From Myxococcales bacterium (GTDB lineage Bacteria > Myxococcota > Myxococcia > Myxococcales > 40CM-4-68-19), in contig DASREU010000297.1 of assembly GCA_035651935.1 (NCBI GenBank), forward strand, positions 1 through 47,338: a stretch of 47,338 nt of DNA. The letters are read 5' to 3'. The position numbers and the translations under genes were made by a program. Under the pieces are notes generated by a model. It was not told the DNA's origin, made no database searches, and was given only the letters and a program-made list of their open reading frames with translations. Shown here piece after piece: positions 9,331-21,003 of the stretch; the stretch's first letter is position 1, and every line of letters starts with the position of its first letter.

Positions 9331-9331
<1 letters not shown>
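8198..9331 (-). CDS. response-regulator receiver fused to histidine kinase (REC-HisKA-HATPase)
   Basis: N-terminal REC domain (ILVVDDE...DLVLLDVVMPGQDG...K), H-box LVHDLRNPL, N-box NALKYT, and G-boxes DRGAGI and GIGLGL. Its ATG shares 1 nt with the upstream kinase stop (TGATG at 9329-9333). Confidence 0.9.
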
Positions 9332-11898
<2,567 letters not shown>

Positions 11899-12181
11899 CC
11901 GGGTCCCCCTCAAATGCAGTCAAAATTGCGAAAAGCATGCCGCCCTCCTCCCTGGCGAACGGCGATGTACGCCGACGGCGCCCCCGCTCTCACACGAGAA
12001 AACCGGCGTCACGAGACCGGTTTGGGTCCTTGCGCGACCGCCGGCGCAGGAGAGAAAACCCGCGCCTCCACGGCGCGCAGAATCCGCGTGAGGCACCGCA
12101 ATGGCTGCGCGGTGCGGCCATGCAGGTGTACGCTGCACGTGTGATCCGGGGCCGTTCCGCCGAACGCAGGACCGTCCGCGC

Positions 12182-13387
12182 ATGGCCCCCGTCCCGATCC
12201 TGATCGCCGCGCACATCTGCTCGATGCTCGGCTTCGCGACCTTCGCCGCGCTGCTCCCGCAGCTTCGCGATGCCTGGTCGCTCTCGAACGCGGAGGCCGG
12301 GATCGTCGGCGGAATGTTCTTCGCCGGGTACATCGCCTCGGTCTCGTACTGGACCGCGCTCACCGACCGCGGCGACGGCCGCAAGGTCTACGCCGCCGGG
12401 AGCGCGATCGCCGCGGCCGGGAGCGCGGGCTTCGCCTGGCTCGCGCACGGCCTCGCCAGCGGGATCTTCTTCCAGGCCTTGCTCGGCGTCGGGATCGCGG
12501 GGACGTACATGCCGGGTCTGCGCCTGCTCTCCGATCGCGTCTCGCCCGGCAGGCAGAGCCGATCGATCGCCTTCTACACCGCGTCGTTCGGGATCGGCAC
12601 CGCGCTCTCGCTGGCGCTGGCAGGCGCCGTCGCATCGCGCGCGGGTTGGAAGGCCGCGTTCCTGGTCGCGGCCGCGGGGCCGGTGATCGCCGGGGCGCTC
12701 GTCCTCGCCTTCCTCAGGGCGCTCCCGCGGGCCGGCGCGCCGGCGCACCTCCGGGCCCTGGTGCCGTTCGCCTCGTGGGGACCGATCCTGCGGCAGCGCG
12801 AGACCGCCGGCTACATCGTGGGATACGCCGTGCACTGCCTCGAGCTGTTCGGCTCGCGCAGCTGGATGGTCGCCTTCCTCACCTTCTCCGCCGGCCTGCA
12901 CGCGACGGCGTTCCCCTGGAGCGCCCAGACCATCGCGGCCGCGGTGAATCTCATGTCCGTCCCCGCTTCCATCGGCGGCAACGAGATCGCGCTGCGCACC
13001 GGCCGCCGCCGCTGGATCCTGCTCGCGATGGCCGCCTCGGGCAGCAGCGGCGTCGTGCTCGGCTTCTCCGCGGGCTGGCACTGGTCGGTGGTGCTGCTCC
13101 TGCTCGCCGCCTATTCGATGCTGGTGATGGCAGAGTCGGCCACGCTGACGGCCGGCCTGGTCGCGGCGGCGCCGGCGCCGCTGCGCGGTTCGGCCCTGGG
13201 GCTGTATTCGCTGGCCGGTTTCGGCGGCGGGATGCTCGGGCCCATCGTCTTCGGCGCGGCGCTCGACGTCGCAGGCGGAGCGGCGAGCAAGGTCGCCTGG
13301 GCCGCGGGCTACGCCGCCATCGGGGCCGGGTGCCTTCTCGCCCCGGCGGTCTCCTGGTGCGTCGAGCGTCAGCGCGCTCGTCCCTGA
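12182..13387 (+). CDS. MFS transporter
   Basis: About 12 hydrophobic segments with MFS-like loop motifs (TDRGDGRKV). ATG 12182 gives MAPVPILIAAH. The upstream part of the track ORF is Arg/Cys-rich non-membrane sequence. Confidence 0.8.
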   Translation: MAPVPILIAAHICSMLGFATFAALLPQLRDAWSLSNAEAGIVGGMFFAGYIASVSYWTALTDRGDGRKVYAAGSAIAAAGSAGFAWLAHGLASGIFFQALLGVGIAGTYMPGLRLLSDRVSPGRQSRSIAFYTASFGIGTALSLALAGAVASRAGWKAAFLVAAAGPVIAGALVLAFLRALPRAGAPAHLRALVPFASWGPILRQRETAGYIVGYAVHCLELFGSRSWMVAFLTFSAGLHATAFPWSAQTIAAAVNLMSVPASIGGNEIALRTGRRRWILLAMAASGSSGVVLGFSAGWHWSVVLLLLAAYSMLVMAESATLTAGLVAAAPAPLRGSALGLYSLAGFGGGMLGPIVFGAALDVAGGAASKVAWAAGYAAIGAGCLLAPAVSWCVERQRARP

Positions 13388-14508
13388 TCTGTCGGCTCCC
13401 CCTGCACGGCCAGCTGCCCGCATGCCGCGGCGATGTCCCTGCCGCGGTTCTTGCGGACCATCGCCGTGATCCCGCGCCGCTCCAGCGCCTTGCGGAACGC
13501 GGCCACCCTCTCGGCGCCGGGATCTCCGAATCCGAGGCCCGGATTTTCGTTGTAGGGGATCAGGTTCACCTTCACCGGCAGCCCCTGGAGCAGCGCCGAG
13601 AGGCGCGCCGCATCCTCGTCCGAGTCGTTCACGCCCCGGAGGAGCACGTACTCGAACGTCACGCGCCGCCCTTGCCGGGAGGGAAAGCTCCGGATCGCGT
13701 CGATCAGCGCGGCGATGTTCCACTTCCTGTCGACGGGCATCAGCTTCGCGCGCTGCTCGTCGGTGGTCGCATTCAGCGACACGGCGAGCTTCACCTGCGT
13801 GTCCTCTCCGAAGCGGACGATGTTGGGCACGAGCCCGCTGGTGGAGACGGTGATGTGCCGCTGGCTGAAGTTCGCCCCCTCCTCGCTGAGCAGCAACGAG
13901 AGCGAGCGGAGCACGGCGTCGTAGTTGTGGAGCGGCTCGCCCATCCCCATGTAGACGAGATTCGTCAGCGGGCGTTCGCCCGGAATGCCGAGGCGGCGCA
14001 GGTCCTCGTTGACGCGATACACCTGGTCGCAGATCTCCCCGGCCGTCAGGTTCCGCAAGAGCCCCATCGTCGCGGTCATGCAGAACCCGCAGCCCATCGC
14101 GCACCCGACCTGCGTCGACACGCAGAGCGTCCGCCGGACGCGCGCCGGCTCCTCCTCGTCGCTCTCGGGGTCGAAGGCCTGTGCCCCGGCCTCGTCCGGC
14201 ATGTAGACGCTCTCGATGAACATGCCGTCGCTGGTGCGCAGTCGGTACTTGCGGGTGCCGTCGGCCGACTGCTGGACCGCGTCGATCGCCAGGGTCGGAA
14301 GCCGCGTCTCGGCCGCGAGGCGCTCGCGAAAGGCGCGCGGCAGGTTCGTCATCGCGTCCAGCGACGCCGCGCCCTTGCGGTGCAGCCAGTCGAAGAGCTG
14401 GCGCGCACGGTACGGCGGCTCGCCGAGCCGGGAGGCGAGGGCGGACAATTCGGAAAGGCTGAGCGAGCGCAGGTCGGGCCGCGCCGCATCGTCCTCGAGC
14501 AGGGGCAT
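13369..14508 (-). CDS. rlmN: 23S rRNA/tRNA (adenine-C2)-methyltransferase, radical SAM
   Basis: Radical-SAM cluster motif GCAMGCGFC, plus MGMGEPL and the C-terminal DIAAACGQL with the conserved Cys. Its 3' end overlaps the MFS gene convergently by 19 nt. Confidence 0.93.
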   Translation of the reverse strand: MPLLEDDAARPDLRSLSLSELSALASRLGEPPYRARQLFDWLHRKGAASLDAMTNLPRAFRERLAAETRLPTLAIDAVQQSADGTRKYRLRTSDGMFIESVYMPDEAGAQAFDPESDEEEPARVRRTLCVSTQVGCAMGCGFCMTATMGLLRNLTAGEICDQVYRVNEDLRRLGIPGERPLTNLVYMGMGEPLHNYDAVLRSLSLLLSEEGANFSQRHITVSTSGLVPNIVRFGEDTQVKLAVSLNATTDEQRAKLMPVDRKWNIAALIDAIRSFPSRQGRRVTFEYVLLRGVNDSDEDAARLSALLQGLPVKVNLIPYNENPGLGFGDPGAERVAAFRKALERRGITAMVRKNRGRDIAAACGQLAVQGEPTDQGRAR

Positions 14509-14511
14509 CGC

Positions 14512-15858
14512 TCAGTGGACTTTGTCCGGCGGGACCGTCTGCTGCAAGGCCGCTGGCGCTTTCTCCGACCCGGAGTGCTGCGGACCCGTCACCGCCGCGC
14601 CCGCCGCGGGCTTGCGAGCGATCTCCACCTTGTGCACCCGCCGATCGTCCGCTGCCTTGACGGTGAAGGTGAGACCGCCCCAGACGACGAGCGACCCCGG
14701 CGGCGGCACGCGTCCCGCCGTGGAGGTGAGAAAGCCGCCCAGGGTCTCGTAGTCGCCCCCCTCGGGGAAGTCGATGCCGAGGTAATGCTCGAGGTCGCGG
14801 ATGGAGACCTGCGCATCCGCCAGCACGACGCCGTCGGAGAGCACCTTGAGGCGCTTCTCCTCGACGTCGCTCTCGTCGTGGATCTCGCCGACGATCTCCT
14901 CGACCACGTCCTCGAGGGTGACGATCCCGCTGGTGCCGCCGAACTCGTCCACCACCACCGCGAGGTGCGTCTTGCGCCGTTGCATCTCGGTGAGCAGGCG
15001 CGACACCTTCATCACCTCGGGCACGAAGAAGGGCTTGCGCAAGTACTTCACCAGCTGGAACGCGGAAGGCTCGATCCCCTTCTTCACGTCCGCGAGCAGC
15101 GTCTTCGCGTGGAGCACGCCCACCACCTCGTCCAGGCTGCCGCGGTAGACGGGGATGCGGGAGAGCTCGCTCTCGGTGACCAGCCGCAGCGCCTCCTCGT
15201 ACGTCGCGCTGTCCTCGAGCGCGACCACCTGCGTGCGCGGGATCATGATCTCCTTCACCAGCACCTCGGTGAAGGCGAGCACGCTGGAGAGAAGCTCCTC
15301 GCGCACCTTGTCGATGGAGCCCTGCCTGGCGCCGAGCTCGATCAGGTATTCCAGCTCCTGCGAGGTCACCGACTCGCCGGCGACGGGGCCGCCGCCCACC
15401 ACCCGGCTGAGGCCGCGGGGGATCTGGACGAACAACCAGGCCAGCGGGAAGAGGAAGAAATAGACCAGCGCCACCAGCGGCATGATGAACATCGCGTACT
15501 TGCTGGCGTGCCGCTTGGCGAACGTCTTGGGCGTGATCTCGCCGAAGACGAGGAGGATCACGGTGGTCACGCCCGTGAGGATGGCGAGCCCATGGCCGAG
15601 CCCGGCTTCATCGGCGATCAGCGCGGTCAACGAGCCCAGACCGACGTTCACCAGGGTATTGCCGAGCAGCAGGGCGGAGAGGATCCGGTCCGGATGATTG
15701 AGCCACAGCCGGAGGAACGACGCGCCGCGTCCGCCGTTCTCGACGAGCGCGCGCACGCGCGCTTCGCCCAGCGCGGTCAGCGCCGTCTCGGCGCTGGAAA
15801 AGAAGGCGGCGCCGAGCAGGCCGGCGCCGAAAGAGATCCACTGCCAGTTGGGGACCAA
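14512..15858 (-). CDS. CNNM/CorC/TlyC-family membrane protein (DUF21-CBS pair-CorC_HlyC)
   Basis: N-terminal 4-TM DUF21 (FFSSAETALTAL, GEITPK), a CBS pair region (IMIPRTQVV..., RIPVY) and a C-terminal transporter-associated domain (ETLGGFL...G). Start codon is TTG at 15858. Confidence 0.88.
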   Translation of the reverse strand: MVPNWQWISFGAGLLGAAFFSSAETALTALGEARVRALVENGGRGASFLRLWLNHPDRILSALLLGNTLVNVGLGSLTALIADEAGLGHGLAILTGVTTVILLVFGEITPKTFAKRHASKYAMFIMPLVALVYFFLFPLAWLFVQIPRGLSRVVGGGPVAGESVTSQELEYLIELGARQGSIDKVREELLSSVLAFTEVLVKEIMIPRTQVVALEDSATYEEALRLVTESELSRIPVYRGSLDEVVGVLHAKTLLADVKKGIEPSAFQLVKYLRKPFFVPEVMKVSRLLTEMQRRKTHLAVVVDEFGGTSGIVTLEDVVEEIVGEIHDESDVEEKRLKVLSDGVVLADAQVSIRDLEHYLGIDFPEGGDYETLGGFLTSTAGRVPPPGSLVVWGGLTFTVKAADDRRVHKVEIARKPAAGAAVTGPQHSGSEKAPAALQQTVPPDKVH

Positions 15859-15913
15859 GGCCGACGATTCTAACCGGGCTGCCCGAAAAGGCGCGAATCT
15901 GGCGTTCGCCCGC

Positions 15914-16297
15914 CTACTTGCAACGGACGGAGAAGCGCGCGACCGTCGACCCGTACTGTTCCGCCGGAATCCACACCTGCGCCCACCCCCGCGTGGTGCC
16001 CGAGAGCTCCCACTCGTCGCGCACCCGCCAGGCCTGGCCGCGCCGGGTCGCCGTCACCGTCCGCGGCGCTCCCATCGCGCCGTCGCTCCGCTTCCAGACG
16101 AACGTGATCTCGCCGGGTCGCGCGGCGAGGATGGTCCCGGTGAAGACCAGACGGACCGGACATTCGCCTTTGTAGATGGCCTTGCTCGCTTCCGCATGGG
16201 CCCAGCGGACGACGCGGGGCGGGGCCGCGCGAATCTTCTTCTTCGCCGAGGCTGCGAAGGCGACGGTGCAGAGCAGCGCGGCGATCGCGATCCGCAT
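15914..16297 (-). CDS. small secreted protein, unknown function
   Basis: ATG at 16297 gives MRIAIAALLCTVAFAASA, a signal peptide, followed by a beta-rich mature part with two Cys. No SD seen and no family recognised. Confidence 0.5.
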   Translation of the reverse strand: MRIAIAALLCTVAFAASAKKKIRAAPPRVVRWAHAEASKAIYKGECPVRLVFTGTILAARPGEITFVWKRSDGAMGAPRTVTATRRGQAWRVRDEWELSGTTRGWAQVWIPAEQYGSTVARFSVRCK

Positions 16298-16346
16298 GAG
16301 GTCCGGCAACTGTACCGGCAGTTCCTGCCGCGGCGAAATTCGCCCG

Positions 16347-16784
16347 CTATCTTTTCCAGTCGTACTTCACGAGCTCGGTCTGTGCGAAGAAGTAGGCGAT
16401 TTCCGTCTTCGCATTCTCCGCCGAGTCCGACCCGTGCACGCTGTTCGCCTCGATGCTCTTCGCGAACAGCTTGCGGATGGTTCCGGGCGCGGCGTTCGCG
16501 GGGTTCGTCGCCCCCATCACCTCGCGGTTCTTCGCCACCGCGTTCTCGCCTTCCAGCACCTGCACGACCACCGGCCCCGAGGTCATGTACGCCACCAGGC
16601 TGGCGAAGAACGGCCGCTCGCGGTGCACGGCGTAGAAGCCCTCCGCCTCTTCGCGGGTCAGGCGGAGCATCTTCATCGCCACGGGCTTCAGGCCCGCCTC
16701 TTCGAACTTCGCCAGGATCTTCCCGATCGCGCCGCTCTGCAGCGCATCGGGCTTGAGGATGGACAGTGTGCGCTCGGTCGACAT
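16347..16784 (-). CDS. ndk: nucleoside diphosphate kinase
   Basis: [32 protein letters not shown] and NSVHGSDS (active-site His). ATG at 16784. Confidence 0.95.
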   Translation of the reverse strand: MSTERTLSILKPDALQSGAIGKILAKFEEAGLKPVAMKMLRLTREEAEGFYAVHRERPFFASLVAYMTSGPVVVQVLEGENAVAKNREVMGATNPANAAPGTIRKLFAKSIEANSVHGSDSAENAKTEIAYFFAQTELVKYDWKR

Positions 16785-16841
16785 GGTGGGCGCCGCACGT
16801 AGCACGCCGGCCGCCGAAGTTCAACGCAAGCGTGTCGCGGC

Positions 16842-18470
16842 TCAGAAGCGCAGCGGCAACAGCGAGACCAGCATCTTGATGTCCTCGTCGGTGAAGAACA
16901 CGCCCGCGCCGACGAAGAAATCGCGCCCGCGGATGATGCGGGTCTCGTGCTCCGGATCGACCTTGGGAGGGTTGAGCATGTCGTCGGATCCCACCGTGAC
17001 CAGGAGGTGGTTGAGGAAGCGCCAGTCGGCGTAGAGCTTCACGCGCGGGCGGTCCTTCAGGGGGTTCGCGAACTCGAACGCGTCGGCCGAGATCGTCAAC
17101 CCGTCGTTGAGCAGGTGCAGCTTGATGCCGAACCCGCCGGTGTTCTCGAGGATGCCGAAACGGCCGGAGATGGGACCGTACCGCTTGGCGATGTACGCGC
17201 TGAACTTGAGCACGCGCTCGGTGGTGATGGTCTCGATGCCCGTCGGGTAGTTCGGGTAGCAGGTGATCGCCCCGCAGTCCGCGTTGTTCACGGTCCGCAG
17301 CTGCCGCGTGTACCCGCGCGGATCGTCGACGATCTCCAGGCCGTACCACTTGTCCGGGCGCGGGATGATCCGGATCCCGAAGTAGTTCTTGGTCCACGGG
17401 TTGTACGCGGTGTCGTGCGCGAAGTTGACCAGGTTCGGCAGCGTCGGGTCCTTCACGCCGCCCTTGGGCGCGCCGATCATCAGCTCGCTGCGCTCGTTCA
17501 CCTCGATCCTCAGCTGGTCCGGTGTGCCGAGCAGGTTGGTGAGCTGCGTGGAAGCCTTGTCGAGGTTCCGGGCGAGCTTGTCGTCGTTGACCAGGTGGCC
17601 GATGGTCCCCTGCCCCTTGTTGATCTTGTCGGTGATCTCCTGGACGTTGGTCAGCGAAGCGTCGAGCTTGGAGAGGTTCGTCTTCAGGCTCTTCACCGTG
17701 TCCCTGAGCTGCCCCTGCTGCTCGTTCGAGCCCACCACCTGCCCGATGGTGCGGAGGATGTCCCGCGCCTCGCGCGTGGCCTCGCGCGTGTTCTGCATGA
17801 TGGCGACGAAGTCGTCGCTCTCGCTGGAGGAGAGCTTCGCCAGGTCGCCCGAGAAGCGCTGGAAGTTGGCCAGCGTCGCGTCCAGCTTGGCCCCGCTCTG
17901 GTTGATGATGCGCTCGATCCCTTCGCTGATGCGCAAGAGCCGCGTCACCAGCGTCCGCATGTTGTCCTCGCCCTCGGCGCCTCCCAGCACCTTGCGCAGG
18001 TTGCCGGTGATGTCGGAGATGTCTCCGGCGATCTTGTTCAGCGACTGGAAGACGTCGTTCATCGACGGCTGCCGGACGACGATGCGGATCTCGTCGCCGT
18101 CCTCGAGCACGGGCTGGTCCGGCGAGCCGGGCGAGACGTCGAGGAGGAAGTCGCCGAGGATCGACTCGCTTCGCTTGGTGATGCTGGCGTCGCGGTGAAG
18201 GACGAACTGCCGGCCGATCCGCAGCCAGACCTTCGCCTTCGAGCGCTGCTGGTCCAGCTCGACCCGATCGACCTGGCCGATGGGAATGCCGGCGATCTGC
18301 ACCCGCGAGCGGACCCCGAGCCCCGTCGCGTCGTCGAAGATCGCGTACACGTTGTACGTGCGGTTCGCCCCGAACTTGTTCGCGCCGATCAGGTACAGGC
18401 CGAAGCCGAACGCGGCCACCGCCAGGGCGACCACGAGTCCGACGCGCAGCGGGGTCCAGAAGGATTGCAC
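16842..18470 (-). CDS. MCE/MlaD-family protein with long helical and beta-rich C-terminal extension
   Basis: N-terminal TM helix and MCE domain (YAIFDDATGLGVRSRVQIAGIPIGQVDRVEL). A heptad-like helical region of about 200 aa follows, then a beta-rich region of about 190 aa ending ...SLLPLRF. GTG start. Lies directly downstream of mlaE-mlaF. Confidence 0.85.
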   Translation of the reverse strand: MQSFWTPLRVGLVVALAVAAFGFGLYLIGANKFGANRTYNVYAIFDDATGLGVRSRVQIAGIPIGQVDRVELDQQRSKAKVWLRIGRQFVLHRDASITKRSESILGDFLLDVSPGSPDQPVLEDGDEIRIVVRQPSMNDVFQSLNKIAGDISDITGNLRKVLGGAEGEDNMRTLVTRLLRISEGIERIINQSGAKLDATLANFQRFSGDLAKLSSSESDDFVAIMQNTREATREARDILRTIGQVVGSNEQQGQLRDTVKSLKTNLSKLDASLTNVQEITDKINKGQGTIGHLVNDDKLARNLDKASTQLTNLLGTPDQLRIEVNERSELMIGAPKGGVKDPTLPNLVNFAHDTAYNPWTKNYFGIRIIPRPDKWYGLEIVDDPRGYTRQLRTVNNADCGAITCYPNYPTGIETITTERVLKFSAYIAKRYGPISGRFGILENTGGFGIKLHLLNDGLTISADAFEFANPLKDRPRVKLYADWRFLNHLLVTVGSDDMLNPPKVDPEHETRIIRGRDFFVGAGVFFTDEDIKMLVSLLPLRF

Positions 18471-18482
18471 GGGGCGCCGATC

Positions 18483-19250
18483 CTATGTCCTTCCGAACCA
18501 GGTCGCGAGAAATTCCTTGGTAAACGGCTCGTTGCTCTTCCTCAGCTGCGCCGCCGTCCCCTCTTCCACGATCCGTCCCTCGTTGATCACGGCGATGTGA
18601 TCGCCGATGTGGAAGGCAGACCCGATATCGTGGGAAATGACCACGCTGGTGACGTGGAGCCGCTCGCGCGCGTGGATGATCATCTCGTCGACGCTCTGGG
18701 TGGTGATCGGGTCGAGGCCGGTGGTCGGCTCGTCGTAGAGCACGATCTTGGGATCCCGGACGATGGCGCGCGCGAGGCCCACGCGCTTGCGCATGCCTCC
18801 GGACAGCTCGGACGGGAACTTCTGTTCGACATCGTGCAGATCGACCACCGCGAGCTTTTCCTTCACCTTCTCGATGATTTGCGCCTCGGAGAGCTTCTCG
18901 GTGTTGTGTTCGCGCAGCGCGAACGCGACGTTCTCGCCCACGGTCATCGAGTCGAACAGCGCCGAGCTCTGGAACACCATCCCCATCCGCTGGCGGAAGA
19001 TGGAGAGCTCGCGGCGCCCCATGGTCGAGACGTTCTCGCCGTCGACGAACACCTGGCCGCGGTCCGGCTTGAACAACCCCATGATGTGCTTCATCAGCAC
19101 GGTCTTGCCGCTCCCCGATCCACCCAGCACCACCGTGGTGGTGCCCTCGGTCATCCGGAGGTTGATCCCCTTCAGGACCGCGAATCCGGCGAAACTCTTG
19201 TACAGATCCTGCACGTCGATCATCGGCCGTGGGGCCGGAGGAGGAGTCAT
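18483..19250 (-). CDS. mlaF: ABC transporter ATP-binding protein, MlaF-like
   Basis: Walker A GGSGSGKT, Q-loop, ABC signature LSGGMRKR, Walker B IVLYDEPT and H-loop ISHD. Its ATG overlaps the mlaE stop (ATGA at 19247-19250). Confidence 0.92.
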   Translation of the reverse strand: MTPPPAPRPMIDVQDLYKSFAGFAVLKGINLRMTEGTTTVVLGGSGSGKTVLMKHIMGLFKPDRGQVFVDGENVSTMGRRELSIFRQRMGMVFQSSALFDSMTVGENVAFALREHNTEKLSEAQIIEKVKEKLAVVDLHDVEQKFPSELSGGMRKRVGLARAIVRDPKIVLYDEPTTGLDPITTQSVDEMIIHARERLHVTSVVISHDIGSAFHIGDHIAVINEGRIVEEGTAAQLRKSNEPFTKEFLATWFGRT

Positions 19251-20074
19251 CCCCCAAGACCTCCGGCGGACTGCTGCGGGCCACTGAGCGAGATCGCCGT
19301 GTAGATGTAGTCGATGGCGAAGATGGCGACCAGGCCGCCCACCACCGCCTGGGTGGTGGCGATCCCGACGCCGCGTGCGCCGCCGGTGGCGCGGTATCCG
19401 CGGTAGCAGGCGATGATGGTGACCACGAACCCGATCACCGCCGCCTTCCCCAGGCCGTTGGTGATGTCCTTCATCTCGACCAGCGTCTGGATGCGGTTGA
19501 GGAACGTCCCCGGCGAAAGATCCTTTGCCCAGACCGCGATGCCGTAGGCGCCGAAGAGCGCGATGGCGTTGAAGAGCATGGTGAGGAGCGGCGCGGCGAC
19601 GGCGGCGGCGAGGATGCGCGGGACCACCAGGTAATTCAGCGGATCGACGGCCATCGTCTCGAGCGCGTCGATCTGCTCGGTGACGCGCATGGTCCCGAGC
19701 TCGGTTGCCGCCGCCGAGCCCACCCGGGCCACCAGCACGATGCAGGTGAAGATGGGCGCGAGCTCGCGCGCCAGCGAGATCTCCACCGTGGCCCCGACCA
19801 GCGACTGGGCGTTGAAGAGGCCGAAGGCGTAGACCGTCTGCAGCGCCAGCACCATGCCGGTGAACAGGCCGGTCAGGCCGACCACGAACATCGATCCGTA
19901 GGCCATGAAATCGAGCTGCACCATCAGCAGCCCGATCCGGTACGGCGGGCGGACCATCGCCACCGCGGACTGGGTGAAGAAGAGGACCAGCTCGCCGAGC
20001 ACCTCCAAGGGGCGCTCGAACGTTTTCAGCCATTGCGGGCGCTGCCTTTGCGCCGGGACGCTCTGCTCGCCCAT
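19247..20074 (-). CDS. mlaE: ABC transporter permease, MlaE-like
   Basis: Polytopic protein with MlaE-family blocks (ELAPIFTCIVLVARVGSAAATELGTMRVTEQIDALETMAVDP). Confidence 0.9.
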   Translation of the reverse strand: MGEQSVPAQRQRPQWLKTFERPLEVLGELVLFFTQSAVAMVRPPYRIGLLMVQLDFMAYGSMFVVGLTGLFTGMVLALQTVYAFGLFNAQSLVGATVEISLARELAPIFTCIVLVARVGSAAATELGTMRVTEQIDALETMAVDPLNYLVVPRILAAAVAAPLLTMLFNAIALFGAYGIAVWAKDLSPGTFLNRIQTLVEMKDITNGLGKAAVIGFVVTIIACYRGYRATGGARGVGIATTQAVVGGLVAIFAIDYIYTAISLSGPQQSAGGLGG

Positions 20075-20184
20075 TCCGCGGCGTTGTATCGCGAGAAGCG
20101 CCGGGGCGCGAGTTGCCTTCGCGGTGTCGGAACCTGAACGCGCCGCATTGCGCGCGCGGGGGAGGATGGACAGCGTGGCCCGTC

Positions 20185-21003
20185 ATGTGGCTCGCACTGC
20201 TGCTCGCGGCAGCCCCGGCGGAAGCGGCGCGCGCGCACTCGCTGCTCACCTACGTGGCGGCGGATTACGCCGCCGCGGTGGGCCCCGGCGGGGAGGTCGT
20301 CTCCCCGCTGGAGCTCGACGAGCAACGGATCTTCGCCGGGGACGCGGCCCGCGACCTCCGCGCCGCGGGCGCGGCGGATCTCGCCTCCGGCGTCGAGAAG
20401 GTGGTGGCGAAGATCGCGGCGGTGGCGGCGCCGCGCGAGGTGGTTCCGCTCGCGCAGGCGCTGGCGGCGGAGATCGCGCAGCGCTTCCACCTCTCGATGC
20501 TGCCGCAGCGCGCTCCGGATCTGGAATCCGGCCGCGCGCTGTACCGGCAGGCCTGCGCGGCCTGCCACGGCGCGGCGGGAACGCCTCACATCGAGCACCT
20601 GGAGCTCTCCACGCGGCCCCTCGCGTTCGCGTCCAGGCAGGAGGTGGCCCGGCTGAGCCCGCAGCGGATCTACGCGACGGTGACGTTCGGCGTTCCGGGC
20701 ACCGCGATGCCTTCCTTCGGGGACGCGCTGGACGAGGACGCGCGGTGGGATCTCGCGTTCGCGGCGCTGCTCTTCGCCCATCCCGAAGGCGAGAGGCAGC
20801 GCGGCGAGGAGCTGCTGCGCACGCTGCCGCGCCGTCCGGACTGGCTGCAGCTGGCGATCCGCAGCGACGATCAGCTGCGCGCCGGCCTTTCGCACAGCCC
20901 GTTCGCCGCCGAGGACCGAGAGGCGCTGATCTCGGCGGTGCGCTGGGCGTCCGGCTCCGTCCCCGCCCCGCTCAAGACGGCAGGTGCCAGTCGCGGGCAG
21001 TGA
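20185..21003 (+). CDS. periplasmic c-type cytochrome domain protein
   Basis: Short signal peptide MWLALLLAAAPAEA, heme-binding CAACHG, and a downstream GVPGTAMPSF block with a candidate axial Met. It resembles, from memory, the N-terminal periplasmic part of cytochrome c/FTR1 fusion proteins. The start is uncertain (see rejected item at 20166). Confidence 0.65.
   Translation: MWLALLLAAAPAEAARAHSLLTYVAADYAAAVGPGGEVVSPLELDEQRIFAGDAARDLRAAGAADLASGVEKVVAKIAAVAAPREVVPLAQALAAEIAQRFHLSMLPQRAPDLESGRALYRQACAACHGAAGTPHIEHLELSTRPLAFASRQEVARLSPQRIYATVTFGVPGTAMPSFGDALDEDARWDLAFAALLFAHPEGERQRGEELLRTLPRRPDWLQLAIRSDDQLRAGLSHSPFAAEDREALISAVRWASGSVPAPLKTAGASRGQ

Noticed and set aside
20166-20168. An ATG with the best SD of the region (GGGGGAGG, 3 nt upstream), just before the cytochrome c gene.
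   Set aside because: It is out of frame with the CxxCH-containing ORF and opens an Arg/Gly-rich frame with no signal peptide. It could reflect an indel, but I cannot show that from one sequence.
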